64,000 nucleotides of DNA from Acidimicrobiales bacterium (GCA_041636995.1 JBFKRY010000001.1:1482-65481), one strand, 5' to 3'. Positions 26,161 through 35,926 are shown, numbered from the stretch's first letter. Numbers and translations are program-made. Notes: generated from the letters alone by a model not told the origin.

Positions 26161-27557
26161 GATCGGGCGCGCGGCGGCGCCAGCGCCGGGGGCTCGACCT
26201 CGCGCAGGTCGATGGGGGCGGCGGGGTTCGGGCCAGGGTCGGGCCGGGGCCGGCGGCGGGCCTGGGCCACCGCCGGGATGGCGACCAGCACGAACAGGAA
26301 CGGCATCAGCTGGGAGCGCTGGCGGGCCAGGATGCCGAAGTTGGCGATGAAGGCGAACACGTAGCAGAACATGAAGGTGAACGCAGCCGCGTAGGCCACG
26401 TAGGCGTTCTTGACCAGCGACGTCGGCAGGCGGGCCAGGCGCCCGATCGAGGTGACCAGGAGCACCAGCAGCAGCGTCCCCTCCATGGCGGTCACCGCGG
26501 TCGCCAGGCTGGTGACCTCGAACGGGAACGGGCGGAACAGCACGGTGATCAGGGCCCAGGGGTAGTCGAGGGGCGAGTCGATGGCCGCGGGGCCGAAGTT
26601 CGAGCCGCCCTGGGCGGTCTGTCGCAGGACCGCGTCGAGGGAGTCGGTGAAGCCGCTGCCCCCCACGTCGTCGATGTTCAGGAACGTGGCCAGCTTGGGC
26701 GCCAGCAGCGACCCGATGACCAGCAGGAAGACCGACCCGCCGACCCGGGTGGCGAAGGTGACCGACAGGGCGCCCTCGGCCGACCGGAACAGCGACGCCA
26801 TGACCAGCCCCACCCCGGTGGCGGCGAGCACGACGATGGCGATGTGAGGTCGGGGCATGGCGGCCGCCAGCACCCCGGCGCCCAGGATCATGAACCCGTG
26901 GGGGCGGTGCTCGTAGAGGGTGGCCGCGCCCCAGCTGGTGAGGCCCAGGGCCAGGAGCATCCACGACTCCTTGCCGATGGCGCTGGGCCAGAACAACAGC
27001 GAGGGCCAGAAGAAGATGAGGATGGCGTAGCGCTTGTGGTCGCCGGTGGGCACTGCGGTGGTGAACGCCTTGTAGAAGCACCAGCAGCCGAGCAGCGAGA
27101 TCAGCCCGAACACGATGAAGCCCGTGAACCGATCCGAGCCCAACAGCGCGTAGATCACGCCGGTGAGCACTCGGATGAAGCCGGTGCCCGGGATCGGGCG
27201 GCCCGGGTCGATGTCGAACTCGAAGCGCCGGAAGTAGGGGGCGAACGCCTTGCCGTAGAGGTGGTACGTGGTGCTGTCGCCGGTGCCGTCGTAGAGCGAG
27301 TCGACCATCCAGAACCGGAGGTACACCGCGCAGAGCTTGGCGCCGAGGGCGGCGAAGACGATGCCGCCGAGGTCGAAGCGGGGCTCGCTGCGCCGGGCGT
27401 GGGTGATGAGCGGGATCACCACCAGCGCGACCAGGGGGCCGATCAGCAGCCCCCGGCCGGTGTCCTCGCCGCGCAGGTAGGCCACGGCGAACATGCCCAC
27501 CGCGGCCACCGTCAGCACTCCGCCGGTGAGCCACCAGCCCGATCGGTGGCTGGTCAT
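26157..27557 (-). CDS. Polytopic integral membrane protein of unknown family (candidate glycan polymerase, ligase or GT-C)
   Basis: ATG at 27557 forms an ATGA overlap with the upstream acetyltransferase stop. Many hydrophobic segments are spread through the 466 aa. No catalytic motif recognised. Confidence 0.7.
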   Translation of the reverse strand: MTSHRSGWWLTGGVLTVAAVGMFAVAYLRGEDTGRGLLIGPLVALVVIPLITHARRSEPRFDLGGIVFAALGAKLCAVYLRFWMVDSLYDGTGDSTTYHLYGKAFAPYFRRFEFDIDPGRPIPGTGFIRVLTGVIYALLGSDRFTGFIVFGLISLLGCWCFYKAFTTAVPTGDHKRYAILIFFWPSLLFWPSAIGKESWMLLALGLTSWGAATLYEHRPHGFMILGAGVLAAAMPRPHIAIVVLAATGVGLVMASLFRSAEGALSVTFATRVGGSVFLLVIGSLLAPKLATFLNIDDVGGSGFTDSLDAVLRQTAQGGSNFGPAAIDSPLDYPWALITVLFRPFPFEVTSLATAVTAMEGTLLLVLLVTSIGRLARLPTSLVKNAYVAYAAAFTFMFCYVFAFIANFGILARQRSQLMPFLFVLVAIPAVAQARRRPRPDPGPNPAAPIDLREVEPPALAPPRARS

Positions 27558-28177
27558 CGGGCCGGCACCCCCCTCACGACGGCCCCGGGGGCCACGTCGC
27601 GGGTGACGACGGCGCCTGCGCCGACGCAGGCGTCGTCGCCGACGACGACGCCGGGCAGCACGATGGCGCCGGTGCCGAGGAACGTTCGCCGGCCGAGGGT
27701 CACCTCGCCGTTGACGTGCGCGCCGGGCGACAGGGTGGCGTGGTCGCCGACGGAGCAGTCGTGCGACACCACCGCGTTGACGTTCAGGTGGACGTGGCGT
27801 CCCAGGGTGACGTTGGTGGTGACCCGCGCTCCGGCAGCCACCAGGACGCCTTCCCCGATGCGGTTGTCGGCGCCGAGGGTGGCGTGCGGGTGCACCAGGG
27901 TGACCGCCTCGGCGCCCCAGCCCGAGAGCCGCTCGTCGAGCCGGGCCCGGGTCTGGCTGGCCCCGATGCCCAGCACGTAGCACGTCGGGTGCGATCGCAG
28001 GTGGTCGACCGCGCCCAGGAGCACCGCGCCGCGGCGCTCGATGCGCTCGGCCGAGGACGGTCCGTCGTCGACGAAGCCCCGGAACGCCCAGGTGGGGGCC
28101 ACCGCGTTGACCGCCTCGACGATGTCGAGGGTCTCGCGCCCGTGGCCGCCGGCGCCGACGATGACCAGCTCACGCAT
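27554..28177 (-). CDS. NeuD/PglD-like sugar N/O-acetyltransferase (left-handed beta-helix)
   Basis: N-terminal Rossmann-like LVIVGAGGHGRETLDIVEA followed by hexapeptide repeats ...IGEGVLVAAGARVTTNVTLGRHVHLNVNAVVSHDCSVGDHATLSPGAHVNGEVTLG... Confidence 0.8.
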   Translation of the reverse strand: MRELVIVGAGGHGRETLDIVEAVNAVAPTWAFRGFVDDGPSSAERIERRGAVLLGAVDHLRSHPTCYVLGIGASQTRARLDERLSGWGAEAVTLVHPHATLGADNRIGEGVLVAAGARVTTNVTLGRHVHLNVNAVVSHDCSVGDHATLSPGAHVNGEVTLGRRTFLGTGAIVLPGVVVGDDACVGAGAVVTRDVAPGAVVRGVPAR

Positions 28178-28772
28178 CGGCCGGTGGGGCGCTCAGGGGG
28201 TCGTCGTGGGCGTGGCCCTCGACCCCCTCGCCCGAGATCAGCGCGGCTGCGGTCCGGGCCAGGATCGTCAGGTCGAGCCGGACCGACTGGCGCTCGACGT
28301 AGTCCAGGTCGTGCTCGATGCGCTCGCCCCAGCCGATGGCGTTGCGCCCGTTGACCTGGGCCAGCCCAGTCAGGCCCGGGCGCACCGCCAACCGGCCCCG
28401 CTGCCGCGGGCTGTAGCGATCCACCTGGTAGGCCAGGGTGGGTCGGGGGCCGACGATGCTCATCTCGCCACGGGCCACGTTCACCAGCTGTGGCAGCTCG
28501 TCGAGCGACGTCCGGCGCAGCACCGCGCCCACCGGGGTGATGGCGCTGGCGTCGGGGATGAGGGGGTTGTCGCGGTCGACCATGGTCCGGAACTTCCAGA
28601 CCACGAAGGGGGCGCCGTCGCGGCCCACCCGCTCCTGGCGGAAGATGACCGGGCCCCGGCTGGTGAGGCGCACGGCCAGGGCGCAGAGCCCGCCGAGGAG
28701 CGCCGCCGGGATCGCCAGCAGGGCCAGGATCGCCAGATCGAAGGCCCGCTTGCCCGGGTACGGGCCGGTCAC
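28170..28772 (-). CDS. Small monotopic phosphoglycosyl transferase (bacterial sugar transferase, PglC/WbaP-C-like)
   Basis: GTG at 28772 overlaps the upstream stop (GTGA). Product ...KRAFDLAILALLAIPAALL...VIFRQERVGRDGAPFVVWKFRTM...SLDELPQLVNVARGEMSIVGPRP. Confidence 0.85.
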   Translation of the reverse strand: MTGPYPGKRAFDLAILALLAIPAALLGGLCALAVRLTSRGPVIFRQERVGRDGAPFVVWKFRTMVDRDNPLIPDASAITPVGAVLRRTSLDELPQLVNVARGEMSIVGPRPTLAYQVDRYSPRQRGRLAVRPGLTGLAQVNGRNAIGWGERIEHDLDYVERQSVRLDLTILARTAAALISGEGVEGHAHDDPLSAPPADA

Positions 28773-29719
28773 CGGGAGCGGAACCACTCGACGGTCCGTT
28801 CGAGGCCGACGCGGAACGGGACCGGCTCGGTCCCCGGGAACAGGGCCTCGAGGCGGGCGGTGCCGGCCCGGCTGTGGCGCACGTCGCCGGGGCGGGGGTC
28901 GGCGTGGCGGACGTGGAGGCGGGTGCCCAGCACGTCCTCCAGGGTGGCGACGACGGTGAGCAGGTCGAGCGGCTGGCCGAAGGCCAGGTTCACGGGCTCC
29001 GGGTCGCTCACCTTGTCGAGCACCGCCCGGGTGATGGTGGCGCAGACGGTGTCGACGTAGGTGAAGTCCCGGGTTTGGAGGCCGTCGCCGTATACGGTGA
29101 GCGTCGATCCCGACAACGCGGCATCGACGAAGCGAGGGATGACCGCGGCGTAGGCGTGATCGGCCGGCTGCCGTGGCCCGAACACGTTGAAGAACCGAAG
29201 AGCGAGCACCGGGAGGGACAAGGCGTGCTGGTAGGACAGGGCGTACCACTCGGTGGCGAGCTTGCTGGCCGCGTAGGGGCTCATGGGCCGGGTGGGCAGG
29301 TCCTCGGTCTTGGGCTGGCCGGCGGTGGCGCCGTAGACCGACGACGAGGAGGCGACGATGGTGTGCACGTCGCCGGCTCGCCGGGCGGCCTCGAGGACCT
29401 CGAGGGTGCCGGTGGCGTTGGCGGTGTGGGTGCCCACGGGGTCGGCGATCGACCGGGGCACCGACCCCCGCGCCGCCAGGTGCACGATGCAGCCGGCGCC
29501 CTCGAAGCACTCGTCGAGCACGGCGCGCTCGGCGATGTCGGCCTCCACCAGGACCACGTCGAGTCCGTCGAGGTTCTCCCGCCGGCCCGTGGAGAGGTCG
29601 TCGATCACCACCACGTCGCCCACCCCGGGCCTGGAGTGCAGGTGGCGGCACAGGTTGGACCCGATGAAACCGGCGCCGCCGGTCACGACCACCTTCACGG
29701 GAGCTGTCCCTCCATCCAC
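28769..29719 (-). CDS. NAD-dependent nucleotide-sugar epimerase/dehydratase (extended SDR)
   Basis: VVVTGGAGFIGSNL, SSSSVYG, YAASK catalytic motif. Confidence 0.85.
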   Translation of the reverse strand: MDGGTAPVKVVVTGGAGFIGSNLCRHLHSRPGVGDVVVIDDLSTGRRENLDGLDVVLVEADIAERAVLDECFEGAGCIVHLAARGSVPRSIADPVGTHTANATGTLEVLEAARRAGDVHTIVASSSSVYGATAGQPKTEDLPTRPMSPYAASKLATEWYALSYQHALSLPVLALRFFNVFGPRQPADHAYAAVIPRFVDAALSGSTLTVYGDGLQTRDFTYVDTVCATITRAVLDKVSDPEPVNLAFGQPLDLLTVVATLEDVLGTRLHVRHADPRPGDVRHSRAGTARLEALFPGTEPVPFRVGLERTVEWFRSR

Positions 29720-29760
29720 ACGAGCGTAGTGACCTCCTATCGGCAGGTCGGGGAGCCACG

Positions 29761-30891
29761 ATGAGCCCCCGGCGCATCTACCTCTCGCCGCCCGACGTCA
29801 CGAAAACCGAGCGTGACCTGCTCATGGATGCGTTCGACTCCAACTGGATCTCCCCGGCGGGCCCGGATCTGACCGCCTTCGAGTCCGAGCTGGGCGAGCG
29901 CTGCGACCGGGCCCACGTGGCCGCCCTCGCCAGCGGCACCGCGGCCCTGCACCTGGCGCTGCAGCTGGTGGGCGTGGGCCCCGGCGACGACGTGCTGGTC
30001 CCCTCGTTCACGTTCGTCGCCACGGCCAACGCGGTCTGCTACCTGCAGGCCCGGCCGTGCTTCGTCGACAGCGAGCCCGGGTCGTGGAACATCGACCCGG
30101 ATCTGGTGGCCGCCGACCTGGACCGGCGGGCCGCCGAGGGGCGGCTGCCGGCGGCGGTGGTGCCGGTCGACCTGTACGGCCAGTGCGCGGACTACGACCG
30201 CCTGGTCCCGGTCTGCGCCGAGCACGGGGTCCCCCTGGTCGCCGATGCGGCCGAGGCCCTCGGCGCCATCTGGGCGGGCCGGCCCGCGGGCTCCTTCGGG
30301 CTGCTGGCCGCGCTCTCGTTCAACGGCAACAAGATCCTCACCACCGGCGGGGGTGGGGCCCTGGTGGGCGACGACGAGGCCCTGGTCGATCGGGCTCGGC
30401 ACCTGGCCACCCAGGCCCGGGAGCCGGCGCCGCACTACGAGCACGCGGAGACCGGCTACAACTACCGGCTGTCCAACCTGCTGGCGGCGGTGGGGCGGGG
30501 CCAGCTCCGCCGACTCGACGAGATGATGCACGGGCGGGCCCAGATCCACGGGGCCTACCGGGCGGCGCTCGCCGATCGGGCCGGGATCGGGTTCCAGCCG
30601 GTCCCCGGGCCGAGCGGGCCCAACCGGTGGCTCACCGTCGTCACCGTCGACCCGGCCGAGGCCGGGACCGACCGCGAGCGGCTCCGGCTGGCGCTGGAGG
30701 CAGCCGACATCGAGGCCCGGCCGGCGTGGAAGCCGATGCACCTGCAACCGGTGTTCGCGGGCGCGCCGATGATCGGAGGCGCGGTGTGCGAGGCGGTGTT
30801 CGCCGACGGGCTGTGCCTCCCCTCGGGCTCGTCCATGAGCGACGACGACCTGGCCCGGGTCCTCGAGGTGCTCACCTCGGCGCTGCCGTGA
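29761..30891 (+). CDS. DegT/DnrJ/EryC1/StrS-family (PglE-like) nucleotide-sugar aminotransferase
   Basis: ...LASGTAALHLAL...VPSFTFVATANAV...LSFNGNKILTTGGGGAL (PLP Lys)...GYNYRLSNLLAAVG. Confidence 0.85.
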   Translation: MSPRRIYLSPPDVTKTERDLLMDAFDSNWISPAGPDLTAFESELGERCDRAHVAALASGTAALHLALQLVGVGPGDDVLVPSFTFVATANAVCYLQARPCFVDSEPGSWNIDPDLVAADLDRRAAEGRLPAAVVPVDLYGQCADYDRLVPVCAEHGVPLVADAAEALGAIWAGRPAGSFGLLAALSFNGNKILTTGGGGALVGDDEALVDRARHLATQAREPAPHYEHAETGYNYRLSNLLAAVGRGQLRRLDEMMHGRAQIHGAYRAALADRAGIGFQPVPGPSGPNRWLTVVTVDPAEAGTDRERLRLALEAADIEARPAWKPMHLQPVFAGAPMIGGAVCEAVFADGLCLPSGSSMSDDDLARVLEVLTSALP

Positions 30892-31991
30892 CCCCGACGG
30901 TGCTGCACCTGATCAAGGGGCTCGGCCCCGGCGGCGCCGAGCGCCTGCTGGTCAACCAGGCCCGGGCCGGCGCCGGAAGCGCCGTCACCCATCGGGTGGC
31001 CTACCTGGTCCCCTGGAAGAACCAGCTCGTGCCCGAGCTCGAGGCCGCGGGGTGGGCCACCACCTGCCTGGGGACGGGGCGGGCCTGGGACCTGCGCTGG
31101 GCCCGGCGGTTCCGGCGCCTGGTCCTCGACAGCGACGTGGGCGTGGTGCACGGGCACTCGCCGCTGGTGTCGTCGGTCGCCCGGCTGGTCCTCGCCACCC
31201 TGCCCGACGAGAACCGGCCGGCGACCCTCTACACCGAGCACAACGAGTGGGGGCGCCACCGCCGGCTCACCCGGTGGCTCAACCGCCGGACCATCGGCCG
31301 CGAGGACCAGGTCCTCGCGGTCTCCACGGGCGTCCGCGACTCCATGCCCCCCCACCTCGACGTGCACGTGGTCCGCCACGGGATCGACGTGGCCGCGGTC
31401 GCCGCCCTGGCTGCCCACCGCGAGGCGGTGCGCGCCGAGCTGGGCGTCGAGGCGGATGGGTTCGTCGTCGGGATCGTGGCCAACCTGCGCCGGGAGAAGC
31501 GCTACGACGTGCTGCTCGACGCCGCGGCCCGGGTGGTGGCCGCCGACCACCGGGTGCGGTTCGTGTCGGTGGGCCAGGGTCCGCTCGAGGACGAGATCGG
31601 CGCCAGGCACCGGCGCCTGGGCCTGGGCGACCGGTTCTCGCTCCTGGGCTACCGGGACGACGCCACCCGGGTGATGAGCGCCTTCGACCTCTTCACCCTG
31701 ACCTCGGACCACGAGGGCCTGCCGGTGGCCCTGATGGAGGCCGTCGCCCTCGGGCTGCCCGTGGTGGCCACCCGGGTCGGCGGGGTCGCCGAGGCCCTGG
31801 TGGGCACCGACGCGGTCCTGGTCGACCCCGGCGACGTGGGGGCGCTGGCCGATGCCTACCTCGCGGCCGCGGCCGGGCAGATTCAGGCCCGGCGCGCCGA
31901 CCCGTCGCGGTTCGACGCCGGCGCCGCCGCCACCGAGCTCGACCGCCGCTACCGCGAGCTCGCCGGTCAGGTGGGGAGGGCCCGGCGGTAG
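30888..31991 (+). CDS. Glycosyltransferase family 4
   Basis: GTG at 30888 overlaps the aminotransferase stop (GTGA). Product VLHLIKGLGPGGAERLL..., ...LTSDHEGLPVALMEAVALGLPVVATRVGG. Confidence 0.8.
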   Translation: MTPTVLHLIKGLGPGGAERLLVNQARAGAGSAVTHRVAYLVPWKNQLVPELEAAGWATTCLGTGRAWDLRWARRFRRLVLDSDVGVVHGHSPLVSSVARLVLATLPDENRPATLYTEHNEWGRHRRLTRWLNRRTIGREDQVLAVSTGVRDSMPPHLDVHVVRHGIDVAAVAALAAHREAVRAELGVEADGFVVGIVANLRREKRYDVLLDAAARVVAADHRVRFVSVGQGPLEDEIGARHRRLGLGDRFSLLGYRDDATRVMSAFDLFTLTSDHEGLPVALMEAVALGLPVVATRVGGVAEALVGTDAVLVDPGDVGALADAYLAAAAGQIQARRADPSRFDAGAAATELDRRYRELAGQVGRARR

Positions 31992-33685
31992 AAGTCGCTG
32001 CGGGCTCTGGCCACGTGGTGGTCGGCCCAGGTCTCGACCCGCCCGTCCACCAGCACCAGCACCTTGGAGCAGTGGTCGACGATGCTCAACCGGTGGGCGA
32101 TGACCACCACGACCATGTCCGAGGGCAGGCGCCGGAGGGTGTCGACGATCAGGGTCTCGGAGTCGGAGTCGAGGGCGCTGGTGGGCTCGTCCAGCACGAG
32201 GAAGCTGGGCTTCCCGGCCAGGGCCCGGGCGATGCCGATCCGCTGGGTCTGCCCCCCCGACAGGACCCGCTCGGAGGTGCCGAGCACGGTGTCGTAGCCG
32301 GCGGGCAGGGCGGCGATGGTCTCGTCGAGCCCCGCGAGGTGCGCGGCCTGCCGCACCGCGGTCTCGTCCACGTGGGGCCGGTGGAAGCCGATGTTCTCGC
32401 GGACGGTCCCGTGTATCAGCACCGGCTGCTGGGGGACGTAGGCCACCTGGCGGGCCCAGCTGGCCCGGGTGTACGAGTCGGCGGGCAGCCCGTTGACCAC
32501 GACCGCGCCGACCGTGGGCCGCAGGTAGCGGATGAGCAGCTGGGCCAGGGTCGACTTGCCGGCGCCCGAGGGCCCGATCATGGCCACGCTGTCGCCGGCG
32601 CGGACGGAGAAGGTCACCTGGGCCAGCGCCGGGGGCTCGTCGCCGTAGGCGTACCCCACGTTGCTCACTTCGATCGCAGTGACCCGATCGAGCACCGACC
32701 GACCCTCGCTGGCGCCGCCGCGCTGCCAGGCCGCCAGCGCCGCCTCCATCTCGTCGATGGCGGGGATGGCCGCCACCAGGCGCTGGTGGGTGGACTGGAC
32801 GCTTTGGCCGTACGACAGGGTCCGGAGCAGCAGCAGCGCCACCACCCCGAACTCCTGCAGCTCGATGCCGGTTGCGGCGATGGCGAGCCCCACCGCCGCG
32901 GCGGCGAGGAGGAGGCCGAAGCCCTGGTAGAGGACCGGCGAGGTCGCGACCAGGGTCTGGCTCCGGCGGCGGGCCCGGCCGTAGCGCTCGGCGGCGGTGG
33001 CAGCGGTGTCCCGGAAGTGGGTCTCGACGTCGAAGAGGCGAGCGTCGCGGGCGGTGGCGGCGAGCTCGGCCACCTGGTCCGAGCCGGCCAGCCCTGCCGA
33101 CGCGGTGGCCGCGGCCGCGGCCCGGACCCGGTGGGTGAGCGGGCGCAGCAGCACGACCAGCGACAGGCTGACAGCGGCCATCACCAGCGCCGACGCCGGG
33201 TCGACCAGGAGCGCGGCGGCCACGAGCATCGCCGCGCTGAGGGCGGCCCGCAGGCCTGCGGCCAGGTTCACCAGCCCGTTGCCGGCCTGGTCGACGAAGC
33301 GGGTGCTCAGATCGACCAGCCGGCTCTCCCGCGAGGTCCGCTGCACCCCGGGCGCCGCCGACGAGTAGGCGTCGGCCAGGCGGGTCCGCAGGGCCGTCTC
33401 CCAGCGGGTCTGGGCCCGGGCCTGCACTGTGGCAGCCGCGACCCGGGCCCCGATGAAGATCAGGGCGCCGGCGACCGCGGCCCCGACCGCGGTGGCCTCG
33501 CCGATCGACAGCGACCACAGCTCCACGCTGGTGCCGGGGGCATCGAGGTTCTGGGCCAGGGTGACCAGCAGGATCAGGACCACGGCCTCGGCGACGGTCG
33601 ACACCATGCCCAGCGCGGCCACCGCCACCAGGGCCGGCCAGGCCGATGCGTAGCTCTGGCGAGCCCGGTGCAGGGTGCCGGTCAC
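31967..33685 (-). CDS. ABC exporter, fused permease + ATPase (MsbA/PglK-like)
   Basis: GTG at 33685 overlaps the upstream stop (GTGA). N-terminal TM domain; Walker A GPSGAGKSTLAQLL; signature LSGGQTQRIGIARAL; Walker B FLVLDEPTSALD. Confidence 0.85.
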   Translation of the reverse strand: MTGTLHRARQSYASAWPALVAVAALGMVSTVAEAVVLILLVTLAQNLDAPGTSVELWSLSIGEATAVGAAVAGALIFIGARVAAATVQARAQTRWETALRTRLADAYSSAAPGVQRTSRESRLVDLSTRFVDQAGNGLVNLAAGLRAALSAAMLVAAALLVDPASALVMAAVSLSLVVLLRPLTHRVRAAAAATASAGLAGSDQVAELAATARDARLFDVETHFRDTAATAAERYGRARRRSQTLVATSPVLYQGFGLLLAAAAVGLAIAATGIELQEFGVVALLLLRTLSYGQSVQSTHQRLVAAIPAIDEMEAALAAWQRGGASEGRSVLDRVTAIEVSNVGYAYGDEPPALAQVTFSVRAGDSVAMIGPSGAGKSTLAQLLIRYLRPTVGAVVVNGLPADSYTRASWARQVAYVPQQPVLIHGTVRENIGFHRPHVDETAVRQAAHLAGLDETIAALPAGYDTVLGTSERVLSGGQTQRIGIARALAGKPSFLVLDEPTSALDSDSETLIVDTLRRLPSDMVVVVIAHRLSIVDHCSKVLVLVDGRVETWADHHVARARSDFYRRALPT

Positions 33686-34548
33686 CGGCGGTCCACCGGC
33701 CGGGCGAAGACGTCCGCGCCGGGGCCCAGGTCGTCGATCCGGTGCAGGCGGCCCTCTCCGTCGGGCCGGGTGAGCTCGTAGCCGGCGGCGTGCAACAGCT
33801 CGGCGAGCGGCGCCCGGCTCTCGCCGAAGTTGCGCTCGCTCTGGTGGTTCCACTCCAGCTGCAGCAGCTCGATGCGGCCCTCGGCGAGGGCCCGGGGGGC
33901 CCCGGCGAGCACCAGGCGCTCGGCCCCCTCGACGTCGATCTTCACCCCCTGGGCCCGGCGGTCACCGAGCACCGCGTCGAGGGTGGTGACCTGGACCGGC
34001 TCGGCGCCCCCGCCGGAGGCGGACGTGAGGTGGGCCCTGGAGGCATCGGGCCCCACCATCGCCGCCATCCCGGCCTCGGCCGCCAGGGCCACGTCGAGCA
34101 CCTGGGCCAGGTAGCCGTTGAGGCCCAGGTTGGCCCGCAGCTGCTCCCGGCTCCGTCGCTGCGGCTCGACGGCGACCACCTCGCAGCCCAGCTCGGCGGC
34201 CATCACCGTGTAGAGGCCGACGCTGGCGCCCACGTCGACGAACAGGTCGCCGGGCCGGAGCCGGGCTCGCCACACCGTCATCTCGGGGTGGTCGGGGGTG
34301 GCCGCGTACGCAGCCCGGCGCGATGGCGCGTCGTCGAGGCGGGCCAGGAAGCGGCTGCGCCGGCCGTAGGAGACCACCGTGGGCCGGCCCAGCAGTCGGG
34401 CCCGGCCCTGGAACCGGAGGGTCCGTGCCAGCGCCCGCGCCCGGGCACCGCGGTTGGCCGGGTGCGTCCACACGGTTCGCAGGACCTGGCGGGTGGCGGC
34501 GGCGGATGGCGGGGGCGACATCTGACGGATCCTGGGGAGGGCCGTCAC
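33682..34548 (-). CDS. FkbM-family methyltransferase
   Basis: ...LFVDVGASVGLYTVMAA...VVAVEP...GVKIDVEGAERLVLAGA... Confidence 0.75.
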   Translation of the reverse strand: MTALPRIRQMSPPPSAAATRQVLRTVWTHPANRGARARALARTLRFQGRARLLGRPTVVSYGRRSRFLARLDDAPSRRAAYAATPDHPEMTVWRARLRPGDLFVDVGASVGLYTVMAAELGCEVVAVEPQRRSREQLRANLGLNGYLAQVLDVALAAEAGMAAMVGPDASRAHLTSASGGGAEPVQVTTLDAVLGDRRAQGVKIDVEGAERLVLAGAPRALAEGRIELLQLEWNHQSERNFGESRAPLAELLHAAGYELTRPDGEGRLHRIDDLGPGADVFARPVDRR

Positions 34549-34618
34549 CGCCGCGGCCGGTGGCCACGGCGGTAGCCGACTGTCCCAACCCCTCTCATCG
34601 GCACCGGGGGCATGGTCG

Positions 34619-35158
34619 TTAGCTCGCCAGCGGCCGGGCCGGCACCCCGCCGACCACCGCGCCGTCGGGCAGGTCGGCCGCGACCACGGCCCCGCTGGCC
34701 ACCACCACGTGCTCGCCGATGGTGACCCCGCCCACCACGATCACGCCCGACGCGATCCAGCAGCCCCGGCCGATGCGGATGTCCTGGCCCTCCCGGGGGA
34801 CCTCCCGCTGGCCCTGGAGGCGCTTGCGGGCCCCACCCTCGAAGTCGTGCCGGCCGGTGAGCAGCATGCAGTTGTGGCCGAGGATGGTGTCGTCGCCGAT
34901 GGTGATGGTCCCCGAGACGGTGTTGAGGACGCAGTTCATCAGCGACACCCGCTCACCCAGGATCACCCGGTCGGTGGGTCCGTGCACGTAGGGCATCCGG
35001 TAGAGCCGGCGCTGGACGAGCCGGACGACGGGGTCGACGGCGCGGGCCTGGAGTCGGTCGGCGCCCCGCCGCAGCGGCCGCTTCCACGCCGTCGGCAGCC
35101 GACCCTCGAGCGAGCGCAGTCCCATTCCTTCGATACTACGGAGCCCGGTCCCGGCCAT
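34619..35158 (-). CDS. Hexapeptide-repeat acyltransferase (WcaF/Maa-like)
   Basis: ...ITIGDDTILGHNCMLLTGRHDF...IRIGRGCWIASGVIVVGGVTIGEHVVVASGAVV... Start is either ATG 35158 or ATG 35125. Confidence 0.75.
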   Translation of the reverse strand: MAGTGLRSIEGMGLRSLEGRLPTAWKRPLRRGADRLQARAVDPVVRLVQRRLYRMPYVHGPTDRVILGERVSLMNCVLNTVSGTITIGDDTILGHNCMLLTGRHDFEGGARKRLQGQREVPREGQDIRIGRGCWIASGVIVVGGVTIGEHVVVASGAVVAADLPDGAVVGGVPARPLAS

Positions 35159-35209
35159 CGGCGATGCCGGGTCGCCCAGCCGGCCCGGTGCCGGCACTAC
35201 CGTCGAGCC

Positions 35210-35926
35210 GTGCGCGAGCGAGCCAATCCCGGGCTGCACGACCACGTGTTCGACCACGTGCTGCGCCACCGGCTGGCCGACGGGGCCCGGGTGGCCGACC
35301 TGGGCGCCGGCGACGGCGCGATGTCGGTCCGTCTCGCCGAGCTGGGCGCCGACGTCACCGCGGTGGAGCTCGAGGCCCTCCCCATCGAGCGGGCCGGGCT
35401 CCGATCGGTGGCTGCCGACCTGAACCGGCCGTTCGCCTGCCTGGGTCCCGGGGCTTTCGACGTGGTGGTCGCCATCGAGGTCATCGAGCACCTCCAGGAC
35501 CCCATCGGCTTCCTCCGGGAGGTCCGGGAGTTGCTGGCGCCCGGCGGGGTGGCCGTGCTCACCACCCCCAACGTCGACGGGTTCAGCTCCCGGTTGCGCT
35601 ACCTGCGCCGGGGCCAGCTGCGGTGGATGGGGGAGGGCAGCGACCCCACTCACGTGAGCCCGGTGACCTGGTGGATGTTCCGGGAGCGCTGGCTGCCCGC
35701 AGCCGGGCTCCGGATGGTCGACCGGATGCCGTTCCCCGCCGACGGCCGGGTCACCTCCAGCGGGTGGAAGCAGCGCCTCTACCGGGCCGGGGCTGCGCTG
35801 ACCCGGACCGACGTGGAGCACGGCACCAACCACGTGGTGGTGCTGGCGCCAACCGAGCCCGGTCAGCGGCTGACCGCGATCTCGAACACGTCGCGCACGG
35901 CTGCGCCGACCACGCCGGCGTCGTAG
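35210..35926 (+). CDS. Class I SAM-dependent methyltransferase
   Basis: GTG at 35210 within ORF 34709..35926. Motif I VADLGAGDGAMSV, then FDVVVAIEVIEHLQDP and GGVAVLTTPN. The start is uncertain. Confidence 0.7.
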   Translation: MRERANPGLHDHVFDHVLRHRLADGARVADLGAGDGAMSVRLAELGADVTAVELEALPIERAGLRSVAADLNRPFACLGPGAFDVVVAIEVIEHLQDPIGFLREVRELLAPGGVAVLTTPNVDGFSSRLRYLRRGQLRWMGEGSDPTHVSPVTWWMFRERWLPAAGLRMVDRMPFPADGRVTSSGWKQRLYRAGAALTRTDVEHGTNHVVVLAPTEPGQRLTAISNTSRTAAPTTPAS

